Of a stretch of 24,000 bases of DNA, positions 8,177 to 15,769 are shown piece by piece; within the stretch, counting starts at the first letter, position 1; each line of letters starts with the position of its first letter. Position numbers and translations under genes: made by a program. Below the pieces are notes generated by a model. That model did not search any database and was not told the DNA's origin. It saw only the letters and a list, made by a program, of their open reading frames with translations. Origin of the DNA: Phormidiaceae cyanobacterium CTOTU46633 (GTDB lineage: Bacteria; Cyanobacteriota; Cyanobacteriia; Cyanobacteriales; Aerosakkonemataceae); the NCBI GenBank assembly GCA_031969655.1, contig DALYJX010000004.1, positions 48,112-72,111 on the forward strand, in the 5' to 3' direction.

Positions 8177-8319
8177 GTTAACTAACTCAAGTTGTTAGTT
8201 ACAATTACTAAAGTTATTGATCCCTTTTAAAATAGGGAAACGCTCAAAATTTTCTTTAAAAAGGGGGATGCAAAGGGGAGTGGAAAAGGTTAAGCTTGTA
8301 ACTAGCAACTTAGGTTAAC
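8177..8319. repeat. Imperfect inverted repeat (arms ~22-26 nt) enclosing ~95 bp
   Basis: The left arm is gttaactaactcaagttgttagttac (8177-8202). The right arm is gtaactagcaacttaggttaac (8298-8319), whose reverse complement is gttaacctaagttgctagttac. It starts 3 nt after the stop of the 415-aa ORF. Confidence 0.55.
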
Positions 8320-8424
8320 TAAGAAATATTATCCCTTGCATAATGATTTTTTTCAAGATTCTGGTTGAAAAATAAGCTAACGCTTAATTCGGGAGTTGAT
8401 GAGATGAGCGATTGAGTTAAATCG

Positions 8425-9846
8425 ATGATTCAAAGCTTACTTAACCCTCCCCAGCTAATCCATTCATATTCCTTCGTTCCTAAACCCCAGCAGCAACTAG
8501 CTCTCGATAAAATGAGAGAATTCTTGACGAGTACAGAATCGTTCTTTCTGCTGTGCGGCTACGCTGGAACCGGAAAAAGCAGCATAGTTTTCCAAATTGT
8601 CAAAGAACTCCTACAACAAGGCAAGCGAATTGCTCTTACTGCCCCCACCAATAAGGCTATCGGTATCCTCAAAAAGATGGCAGCCAATCAAGGTATCTTC
8701 GGGGTTGATTTTCTGACTATACACCAGCTATTGGGGTTAGGCATGGTCAGCAAAGAACAAGATAAAGTCCTAGAACAGACTACCTCCAGCAGTCTTCACC
8801 TTTATGACATTATCTTCCTCGATGAATGTTCGATGGTCGGAACTCAATTATGGAACTGGATACAACGGAGTTTTGAAAGAACGCTCTTTAACCACCGCCA
8901 GCTAATTTTAATGGGAGATCCGGCTCAACTTAATCCAGTAGGAGAAAAACGAAGTCCTAGCTTTAGCGTCACTAATCGAGTAGTCCTAACTGAAGTGGTT
9001 AGGCAAGCTGGTGAAAGTCCAGTTCTCGACTTTATCACCTCTTGTCGCAAGGCAGTCAAGAGTAAAACTCCTACCTCATTTTTCCTGCCAAACTCTCAAT
9101 ATAAAAAGGGAGATAAATCCAACGGAGCGTTCAAAGTCAAGTCAGAAACCTTACTGCAATATGCGATTAAAGTCATCAAGCGTAAGTTTGATAACAATCC
9201 CGATTGCTTTAGAATTCTGTGCTGGACAAACAAACGGGTAGACTATTACAACCAGCTGATTCGGAAACAAATCTATAGTTCCACTGCACCCCGATTTGTT
9301 GTAGGAGAAAGATTAATTACCAAAAAGCCAGTAATGGCTCCTGATGGCAAGACAGTAATTTTGCCAACCTCAACCGAATTTACAGTCAAGGAAGTTGAAA
9401 CGAGCTTGCATTATGGCTATCGAGTCTGGCTGCTCAAAATTGCCACCGATGAAGGATTAATACGGCAAATTCTTGTGCTGCACGAATCGGAGAAAAAGCG
9501 CTACGAAGCAGAACTGGAACAGAAGCTTAAAAGTGCCAAGCTCAATCCTTTTATGTGGCGCAAGTACTATTGGTTCAGAGATGATGTATTTGCTGAAGTT
9601 GACAATTGCTTTGCGCTGACAATTCACAATTCACAAGGTAGCAGTTTTGACGAAATAGGGATTGATGGAGATGACCTTTTAACTCGATTATTGATTGGGG
9701 ATGATATGAGCAACCAGGAAAAAATAAAAGAGTACCATCGTCTGTGGTATGTGGGAGCATCAAGGTGTAGGCGACGGCTCTTATTTGTGGCTCCCAAAAA
9801 ACACCGAATTTTGAATGTAACTCGAAAACAGATAAAGCTTTGTTAA
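8425..9846 (+). CDS. SF1B Dda/RecD/Pif1-like DNA helicase (AAA_30-type ATPase)
   Basis: Walker A GYAGTGKSS, Walker B IIFLDECSM, motif III LILMGDPAQLNPV, VVRQ, motif V ALTIHNSQGSSFD and motif VI WYVGASRCRRRL. Confidence 0.85.
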   Translation: MIQSLLNPPQLIHSYSFVPKPQQQLALDKMREFLTSTESFFLLCGYAGTGKSSIVFQIVKELLQQGKRIALTAPTNKAIGILKKMAANQGIFGVDFLTIHQLLGLGMVSKEQDKVLEQTTSSSLHLYDIIFLDECSMVGTQLWNWIQRSFERTLFNHRQLILMGDPAQLNPVGEKRSPSFSVTNRVVLTEVVRQAGESPVLDFITSCRKAVKSKTPTSFFLPNSQYKKGDKSNGAFKVKSETLLQYAIKVIKRKFDNNPDCFRILCWTNKRVDYYNQLIRKQIYSSTAPRFVVGERLITKKPVMAPDGKTVILPTSTEFTVKEVETSLHYGYRVWLLKIATDEGLIRQILVLHESEKKRYEAELEQKLKSAKLNPFMWRKYYWFRDDVFAEVDNCFALTIHNSQGSSFDEIGIDGDDLLTRLLIGDDMSNQEKIKEYHRLWYVGASRCRRRLLFVAPKKHRILNVTRKQIKLC

Positions 9847-10023
9847 GCTGCCAAAAGCATTAAAATTGGCTGCAATAGGATGGTCTTATAAACCATCCAG
9901 ATGTATGACTTGGCTGGGACGTGGGAGAATCATCACTTCAGTTCATTGGAGGGGCAAGCGCTTTTTTGAGTTGTTGCAAGCTGCTGTCGCAGCGAAAGCT
10001 CAGATAATTAAACTGGGCAAATC

Positions 10024-11466
10024 ATGACAAAACCCAAATTCAAAAAAACTGTCACCGTAGAAGCAGATGCTGATTCAATAGTAGCATCTAAAAAAAAGCG
10101 CCCATCAACTACTAAAACCAAGGCTGTAACTGAAGAGAAAGTAAATAGAGACAAAGCTGCCTCATCTCTAACTAACGAATCAGAAACAGTCGCTCCAGAT
10201 AAGGCCGAACAAATTCCCGAATCATTAACCCCAACCGACTCAACTGGAGCTGAAGTTGAAATCATCTGCAATTCCAGAGAATTCAACGATTACATACAGG
10301 CTCTCAAAACCATCATTCCTAACAATAGCACCCATCCTATCTTGTGCAATGTGCTAATTGAAGCAGATGCAGCAGTACAACAATTGTATCTAACAACCTA
10401 TAACCTAGAATTTGGCTTGCAAGTCGGTTTTGATGCCACAGTCAATCAACCAGGTAAACTCACACTTCCTGCACCCATACTTGCTGATATTTTAGGCAAG
10501 TTTCCATCTGGTCGTCTGACTTTAAATAGTCAACTGACGACTTCTAAAGGTAATGAAACTTCCTCGGTTACTGCCACCATGAAGATGTCAGGAAGCCATC
10601 ACGTTCTGCGGGGGCTTTTAAGCGATGAATTTCCTGCTATTCCTAACGTAGAACAAAAGTTGCTTTCTCTCCCTGCCAGTGTATTGCTAGCAGCGCTTAA
10701 AGGTAGTTTATTTGCAGTCAGCTCTGATGAAGTCAAACGTATTATAACAGGCGCTTACTTTCAACTGAGCCACGATAGCGATCGCAGAATCGACCAGTTG
10801 CGAATCTGGACAACGGACGGTCATCGAATCGCAATGATTCTGGGGTTAAGCGAAAGCACTGCTGACCCAAATCCTTTGATTGATTCTCCGGTGCAGTTCA
10901 CTGTCCCTGCAAAAGTCCTCAAGGTGTTAGAGCGCAATGTAAACCCCACTGACCGAATTTCTATCTACTACAATGCCTCGGCTCAAGCTCCGCAAAACTT
11001 TGTAGCTTTCAAATGGAAAAATTGGCGACTAACAAGCCAACTACTAGAGGGACAGTATCCGAATTGCAACCAAATTATCGACCCCTTCCGGAGTCAATTT
11101 AGCCACCAATTGCTGATTGAACGGCTATCTTTGTTAAAAGCTTTAGAACGATTATCAACTCACAGTGACAAGTCCCACGTTACGGTGATTTTAGATTTTG
11201 ACTCGACCCATCAGCAAGTTCAAGCGTCAATTAACAATGCAATCAGTTCCGGTATTGAAGTAATCGATGCCCAAATTAACGGTGGCGACTTTCGGATTAA
11301 GTGCGATATTCGCTACTTGATAGACACAATCAAGGCTATTTCTAACTCAGATGTGCGGATGCTTTTTGCAACACCTACCACCCCAATTTTGATAGTCCCT
11401 TTTGGGACGCCAGCTTCGGGGGAAGCCGCAATCGAGTCGGAGTACGTTATCGCGCCGCAAGAGTGA
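10024..11466 (+). CDS. dnaN: DNA polymerase III beta sliding-clamp paralogue with an ~85-aa low-complexity N-terminal extension
   Basis: From about residue 86 the sequence follows the DnaN pattern: HPILCNVLIEADAAVQQLYLTTYNLEFGLQV...GKLTLPAPILADILGKFP. Length beyond the extension is about 390 aa, and the C-terminus EYVIAPQE resembles the YLIMPV ending of DnaN. Confidence 0.8.
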   Translation: MTKPKFKKTVTVEADADSIVASKKKRPSTTKTKAVTEEKVNRDKAASSLTNESETVAPDKAEQIPESLTPTDSTGAEVEIICNSREFNDYIQALKTIIPNNSTHPILCNVLIEADAAVQQLYLTTYNLEFGLQVGFDATVNQPGKLTLPAPILADILGKFPSGRLTLNSQLTTSKGNETSSVTATMKMSGSHHVLRGLLSDEFPAIPNVEQKLLSLPASVLLAALKGSLFAVSSDEVKRIITGAYFQLSHDSDRRIDQLRIWTTDGHRIAMILGLSESTADPNPLIDSPVQFTVPAKVLKVLERNVNPTDRISIYYNASAQAPQNFVAFKWKNWRLTSQLLEGQYPNCNQIIDPFRSQFSHQLLIERLSLLKALERLSTHSDKSHVTVILDFDSTHQQVQASINNAISSGIEVIDAQINGGDFRIKCDIRYLIDTIKAISNSDVRMLFATPTTPILIVPFGTPASGEAAIESEYVIAPQE

Positions 11467-11505
11467 TAAGTTGAACTACCTAGAGTGACCTTCGGTAGAC
11501 TGTAG

Positions 11506-11643
11506 GTAGTTCAAGGCATCGGGGATACGGCGTATAATGATTTCTTTAAGCGTGAGTTTACGATTGCTATCGTGGAAGATTACCAATTAAAGTTGTTGGT
11601 ATATGACGTGGAATCAGAGGTAATTGTTTTATGGAAAAGGTAG
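11506..11643 (+). pseudogene. xisH: xisH 3' fragment (last ~45 codons only)
   Basis: The frame is open only from the TAG at 11503. It reads VVQGIGDTAYNDFFKREFTIAIVEDYQLKLLVYDVESEVIVLWKR*. This matches the XisH C-terminal pattern, and it overlaps the xisI start in the usual xisH-xisI arrangement. The N-terminal ~90 codons are absent. Confidence 0.6.
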
Positions 11644-11966
11644 AAAAGTATCGGGATTGTATCAAAAAAATTCTTTCGGAATATGCTGCCTACAAGCCTT
11701 CCTATGGAGATGTGGAAGTGCAAATTATTTTTGATATGGAACGCGATCGCTATCAAGTTATTCGAGTGGGGTGGGATAATAAACAGCGAGTTTATGGTTG
11801 TTCTATGCATCTCGATATTAAGGATGGCAAGATCTGGATTCAGCAGAATGCAACAGAAATTGATATAGGACAAGAGTTGGTTAATTTAGGTGTGCCTTCG
11901 TCGGATATTGTCGTTGGTTTTCATCCACCTTATATGCGTCAGTTCACAGAATTTGCCGTGAGTTGA
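11631..11966 (+). CDS. xisI: XisI family protein (fdxN-element excision controlling factor-like)
   Basis: A 111-aa ORF, MEKVEKYRDCIKKILSEYA...DRYQVIRVGWDNKQRVYGCSMHLDIKDGKIWIQQNATEIDIGQELVNLGVPSSDIVVGFHPP. I recognise this as the characteristic XisI sequence pattern. Confidence 0.85.
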   Translation: MEKVEKYRDCIKKILSEYAAYKPSYGDVEVQIIFDMERDRYQVIRVGWDNKQRVYGCSMHLDIKDGKIWIQQNATEIDIGQELVNLGVPSSDIVVGFHPPYMRQFTEFAVS

Positions 11967-12005
11967 TGGGGAGCGATCGCTACTCTTTAAATATCCCGAT
12001 AAAAA

Positions 12006-12044
12006 ATCGAATCTGAGTATGTTATCTATCGCACCGCAAGAGCG
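12006..12044 (+). repeat. Relic second copy of the dnaN-like 3' end; direct-repeat partner of 11431-11466
   Basis: atcgaatctgagtatgttatcTATCgcaccgcaagagcga versus atcgagtcggagtacgttatcgcgccgcaagagtga. Both encode IESEYVI, with differences at third codon positions. The relic has a 4-nt tatc tandem duplication and CGA in place of the TGA stop. Confidence 0.75.
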
Positions 12045-12054
12045 AGCGGGTTCA

Positions 12055-12087
12055 GGGGAGAAGGAGTTTTTACTTTTCCTGCTCCCC
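12055..12087. terminator. Stem-loop downstream of the truncated rpn-like gene and of the dnaN relic
   Basis: ggggagaagga ... tcctgctcccc, with GGGGAG/CTCCCC plus AGGA/TCCT pairing. It lies 11 nt from the stop of the minus-strand ORF. Confidence 0.35.
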
Positions 12088-12097
12088 AATTCCTAAA

Positions 12098-12469
12098 TCA
12101 CTCATTTTCTACTGATTGGAACTGAGCGATAAATTGTTGAAAATCAGACAGCGATTCAATCGTAACAGCTTGCCTATGCAGCGTTTTCAGTAAATCAGAA
12201 TCTTGCACGTCAGTAATGGCGTCTACTAACTCATTCGGCACCTCTCCAAACCGAATTTTAAGAACTTCAATGATATACTCGTACCGAACTAAACGTTCAG
12301 GAGTGGTAGCGTAAGGCATTTTGTTTTCCTCCTCATAGCGGTTGATTTCTTGATTAAACTCGCCCTCCAAATTTTTTGGAAGCGTCATCATCCAGCCAAT
12401 TAATCTAAATAACTCTCGAATCTCAGCTCTATTATACCCCCGCTGAAACAGACTCTTGACAATGCTCAA
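12098..12469 (-). CDS. Rpn/YhgA-like putative transposase, C-terminal fragment with a DUF4351-like tail (probably truncated)
   Basis: SLFQRGYNRAEIRELFRLIGWMMTLPKNLE...MPYATTPERL, followed by RFGEVPNELVDAITDVQDSDLLKTLHRQAVTIESLSDFQQFI. This is the pattern I recall for C-termini of cyanobacterial Rpn/DUF4351 proteins. The N-terminal PD-(D/E)XK nuclease part is missing. The only start is a TTG, and the frame is open for just 7 codons upstream. Confidence 0.55.
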   Translation of the reverse strand: MSIVKSLFQRGYNRAEIRELFRLIGWMMTLPKNLEGEFNQEINRYEEENKMPYATTPERLVRYEYIIEVLKIRFGEVPNELVDAITDVQDSDLLKTLHRQAVTIESLSDFQQFIAQFQSVENE

Positions 12470-12607
12470 TTTCCACTCTAACCATGTTATTCAATATCTT
12501 TGCAAAAAAATTAGTCATAATCGCTCATTAGCAAGGGTTAATAAAAATTAAAAAATCCTAATCCCCTAGCGGGGAGTTCCAAAGAACTGAACTAAAAACT
12601 TCCAATC

Positions 12608-14104
12608 ATGCACCAACCTTTACCTCTCAAATACCGACCTAAAACGCTACAAGAATTGGTCGGTCAAGACGCCATCAAAACTGCCTTAACCAATGCGATC
12701 GCTTCTGCTAAAATTGCCCCAGCTTATCTGTTTACAGGGCCAAGAGGAACTGGTAAAACCTCAACCGCCCGCATTCTTGCCAAATCGCTCAATTGTCTTA
12801 ATAGCCAAACTCCCACAGCAACTCCCTGCAACAAATGTGCGTCATGCAAAGCAATTGATTCTAGCAACAGTTTGGATGTGAGCGAAATTGATGCAGCTAG
12901 CCATAACGGGGTAGAAGATGCCAGAGAATTAATCTCCCGCAGCAACTTTGCCCCGGCTATGAGTCGGTATCGCGTATCCGTGTTAGATGAATTTCATATG
13001 ACAACGGTTTCGGCTCAAAATGCCCTTCTCAAATGTATCGAAGAACCTCCCCCTCATGTAGTCTTTATTCTGTGTACGACGGAAGCTCATAAGGTACTGC
13101 CAACTATCGCTTCACGCTGTCAAATCTTTAACTTCAAAGCTTTGTCAATCGATGCAATTGTGGGACAATTACACCAAGTGGCTATCAGCGAATCCATTGC
13201 CATTACGGATGAAGCAATAAGCGCGATCGCTCGGCACTCAGATGGCGGTTTGAGAGACGCTTTGCAACTACTTTCCCAACTATCTCTACTTGGAAAAGAA
13301 ATTACAACTGACCATGTTATCGAGGTGTCTGGCGGTATCCGAGAAAGCGACTTAACTACGATAATTCAAGCTATCTGTGCAGGCGATGTGCTGACGGTAT
13401 TGCAATCGGCTAGAACCCTTGTTGATAGCGGCAGGGCACCCAAACTTATCTTGAGTAGCCTGCTGGCAGTTTATCGCGATTTACTGATTGTTAAAAGCGT
13501 ACCCAAAAGTCAGAATGCGATCGCCGGATCTCTCGGTTATTCGCAACTGCGACAAGTTGCTAGCAATCTTGAGTTTGAAACCATTGATGCTGCTTTGATG
13601 CAACTGCACTCGTCAGAAAGTCAACTGAGGGTTACGACTAATGCTGCCACTTGGTTAGAAGTATGTTTGCTCAATTTGATCCAAAATAAGGATCGCCAGA
13701 CGTTCCAAAAGCAGCAAGAAAGCTACCAGCAGCAAAATGGACTCGCCAACAATTTGCACAATAAAGGTAACGTAAAGCAGCAAGAAAGTCACCAACAGCA
13801 AAATGGACTCGCCAACAATTTGCACAATAACGGGACCAAAAATGGCACAACTAAAGACTTGGATGCAGTTTGGACTACTGTTATTGAAGCAACAAAACCA
13901 GCTAATCGCGCACTACTCTCGCGCGCTCAATTAGTGAGTTTAAATAACGGCAAGTGCGTGTTAGCAGTCCACTCCCATGATGCCAGAAAATTTCAAACTC
14001 ACATCGCATCAATTGAGCGCATTGTTAGCAAAGCTTTGGGCTATCCCTTGATGGTTGCAGTTGAACAACGGGAGGAAGTTTTAGCGTCAACGACCCGCCA
14101 CTAA
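12608..14104 (+). CDS. dnaX: DNA polymerase III gamma/tau (DnaX) clamp-loader ATPase paralogue
   Basis: YRPKTLQELVGQ, Walker A GPRGTGKTS, zinc module CNKCASCKAI, Walker B VLDEFH, IEEPPPHVVFILCTTE, SRC motif IASRCQ and sensor 2 GGLRDALQLL. A Q/N-rich linker and a C-terminal domain follow. Confidence 0.9.
   Translation: MHQPLPLKYRPKTLQELVGQDAIKTALTNAIASAKIAPAYLFTGPRGTGKTSTARILAKSLNCLNSQTPTATPCNKCASCKAIDSSNSLDVSEIDAASHNGVEDARELISRSNFAPAMSRYRVSVLDEFHMTTVSAQNALLKCIEEPPPHVVFILCTTEAHKVLPTIASRCQIFNFKALSIDAIVGQLHQVAISESIAITDEAISAIARHSDGGLRDALQLLSQLSLLGKEITTDHVIEVSGGIRESDLTTIIQAICAGDVLTVLQSARTLVDSGRAPKLILSSLLAVYRDLLIVKSVPKSQNAIAGSLGYSQLRQVASNLEFETIDAALMQLHSSESQLRVTTNAATWLEVCLLNLIQNKDRQTFQKQQESYQQQNGLANNLHNKGNVKQQESHQQQNGLANNLHNNGTKNGTTKDLDAVWTTVIEATKPANRALLSRAQLVSLNNGKCVLAVHSHDARKFQTHIASIERIVSKALGYPLMVAVEQREEVLASTTRH
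13711..13842 (+). repeat. Two tandem copies of a 66-bp (22-codon) unit inside dnaX
   Basis: 13711-13776 and 13777-13842 encode KQQESYQQQNGLANNLHNKGNV and KQQESHQQQNGLANNLHNNGTK. The first ~55 nt of each unit differ at 3 positions. Confidence 0.85.
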
Positions 14105-14325
14105 ATCAAAGATTATAGTGGGGGCTTCATAAAAGTCCATAGTTGACCCGCCATTCGTCTTAATTGACTACGTTATCTAGGTCATAGTACCAAAGAATGC
14201 TTCAACAGTTCTTTGCTCTACTGTCAGTCATTAAACGTCCGAGTTGGGTTTAGGCAGTGTGGCTGACATAACAAGCCTAGATAACATTGGCTAGTTGAAC
14301 TTTACCCTAGTAATAGGAGTTTTCA
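14105..14325 (+). ncRNA. Candidate IscB omega RNA (guide plus scaffold) in the 221-nt region upstream of iscB
   Basis: The position and length match the known IscB arrangement, in which the omega RNA lies just 5' of the ORF. A 10-bp long-range helix pairs gttatctagg (14172-14181) with cctagataac (14276-14285). There is a local hairpin, caaagaa...ttctttg (14191-14215), and a further partial gtcag/ctgac pairing. The exact ends are unknown. Confidence 0.5.
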
Positions 14326-15726
14326 ATGTCAAACAGAAACGCAGTATTTGTATTGGATAGCTCGCGCAATCCATGTAATCCAGTGCATCCGGCTGTTGCC
14401 AGAAAGATGTTGTCTCAAGGCATTGCGGCAGTGTTTCGCCAATATCCATTTTCAATTATTTTGAAGGAGGGAAAATGTGATAACCCAAAGCAATTAAGGA
14501 TTAAAATTGACCCTGGTGCGAGGTTCACTGGTTTAGCTTTAGTCTCAGATACCAATATTGTCTGGGCGGCTGAACTAGAACATCGTGGCTTTGCTATCAG
14601 AGACTCTTTGACCATACGACTCCAACAACGCAGAAGTCGCCGCCAACGTAAAACCAGATACCGTAAACCAAGATTTCTTAATCGCCGTCGTCAGGATGGT
14701 TGGCTCCCACCTAGTTTAATGTCTCGCGTTTACAACATTCAAACTTGGGTTAATCGTTTGTGTAAACTTGCACCAGTCTTTGCTATTAGTCAAGAATTGG
14801 TTAAGTTTGACATGCAGAAGATAGTAAATCCTGAAGTTAATGGGATTGAGTATCAGCATGGTGAACTATGGGGTTATGAAGTTAAACAATATTTGCTTGA
14901 AAAGTTTAACCATACCTGTGTTTATTGCGGTGCTACTGACAAACCTTTTAACTTAGATCACTTTCATCCAAAATCTAAAGGCGGTAGCGATCAAGTTAGC
15001 AACTTTGTCTTGTCTTGTGTTGACTGTAACCAGGCTAAAAGTAATAAACTACCTGCTGAGTTTTTGAGCGATCGCCCAGATATTTTTGCCAAAATTGATA
15101 AACAGCGGAAACAGCCGTTAGCTGATGCTGCTGCTGTCAATACTACTCGATGGAAGTTAAAACAGGTTCTTGAATCTCTTGGCTTACCTGTTGAATTAGG
15201 TTCTGGTGGATTAACCAAATATAATCGCCAAAGACTAGGGATTCAGAAAAGTCATTGGGCAGATGCAGTTTGTGTTGGTCATTCTACGCCTAATAGCTTT
15301 AACATTACTGGTTATCAACCGTTGATTATCAAGGCTATGGGCAGAGGTTCTAGGCAAATGGTTAACCCAGATAAATATGGATTTCCTAGAACTAAGCCCA
15401 AACTTAGGCAGAAGGCGTTTTACGGTTTTCAAACTGGCGATATAGTCAAAGCTGTAGTTACCAAAGGTAAAAAGGTAGGCACTTATGTTGGTAGGATTGC
15501 TGTTCGTAAAACTGGCAGTTTCAACATTAAAACTAAAACTGATACTGTTCAAGGTATCAGCCATAAATATTGTCGTATTTTACACAAATCTGATGGCTAT
15601 ACTTACAGTTTTGGTGAAGCTTTAAATCAAAAATCTAGTCAACTAAAACCAAAAGTAACCGAAACTAAACTTAAAGAGTTTCAAGAATTTAAAGGATTCC
15701 AAGGCGAACAATTAAGTTTGTTCTAA
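14326..15726 (+). CDS. iscB: IscB RNA-guided endonuclease (OMEGA system): PLMP-like N-domain, split RuvC, arginine-rich bridge helix, HNH insertion and a C-terminal TAM-interaction-like domain
   Basis: N-terminus VFVLDSSRNPCNPVHPAVARKML...YPFSIIL. RuvC-I is IKIDPGARFTGLAL. The bridge helix is RLQQRRSRRQRKTRYRKPRFLNRRR (RRXRR type), followed by GWLPPSL and QELVKFD. The HNH domain is CVYCGATDKPFNLDHFHPKSKGGSDQVSNFVLSCVDCNQAKSNK. RuvC-III is KSHWADAVCVG. The tail reads FQTGDIVKAVVTKGKKVGTYVGRIAVRKTGSFNI. An AGGAG RBS lies 7 nt upstream of the ATG. Confidence 0.85.
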   Translation: MSNRNAVFVLDSSRNPCNPVHPAVARKMLSQGIAAVFRQYPFSIILKEGKCDNPKQLRIKIDPGARFTGLALVSDTNIVWAAELEHRGFAIRDSLTIRLQQRRSRRQRKTRYRKPRFLNRRRQDGWLPPSLMSRVYNIQTWVNRLCKLAPVFAISQELVKFDMQKIVNPEVNGIEYQHGELWGYEVKQYLLEKFNHTCVYCGATDKPFNLDHFHPKSKGGSDQVSNFVLSCVDCNQAKSNKLPAEFLSDRPDIFAKIDKQRKQPLADAAAVNTTRWKLKQVLESLGLPVELGSGGLTKYNRQRLGIQKSHWADAVCVGHSTPNSFNITGYQPLIIKAMGRGSRQMVNPDKYGFPRTKPKLRQKAFYGFQTGDIVKAVVTKGKKVGTYVGRIAVRKTGSFNIKTKTDTVQGISHKYCRILHKSDGYTYSFGEALNQKSSQLKPKVTETKLKEFQEFKGFQGEQLSLF

Positions 15727-15735
15727 TTTCAAACT

Positions 15736-15769
15736 GAGGAAAGTAGTTTATATGCTGGCTGCTTTCCTC
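15736..15769 (+). terminator. Hairpin downstream of iscB (8-bp stem, 18-nt loop); a terminator or an element-end structure
   Basis: gaggaaag (15736-15743) pairs with ctttcctc (15762-15769). It starts 10 nt after the iscB stop. Confidence 0.35.

Noticed and set aside
9878-9898. Hairpin ggatggt-cttataa-accatcc after the helicase gene, a possible terminator
   Set aside because: The stem is only 7 bp with no following U-tract, and the downstream gene is on the same strand in a probable operon.
11580-12089. Minus-strand ORFs 11580-11873 and 11886-12089, and plus-strand ORF 11683-11868
   Set aside because: They overlap or are antisense to the well-supported xisI gene or to the relic/hairpin region. 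Their translations are low-complexity.
12608-14104. Programmed ribosomal frameshift site producing a gamma form of DnaX
   Set aside because: I found no A AAA AAG-type slippery heptamer or adjacent stem-loop in the ORF, so nothing supports the claim.
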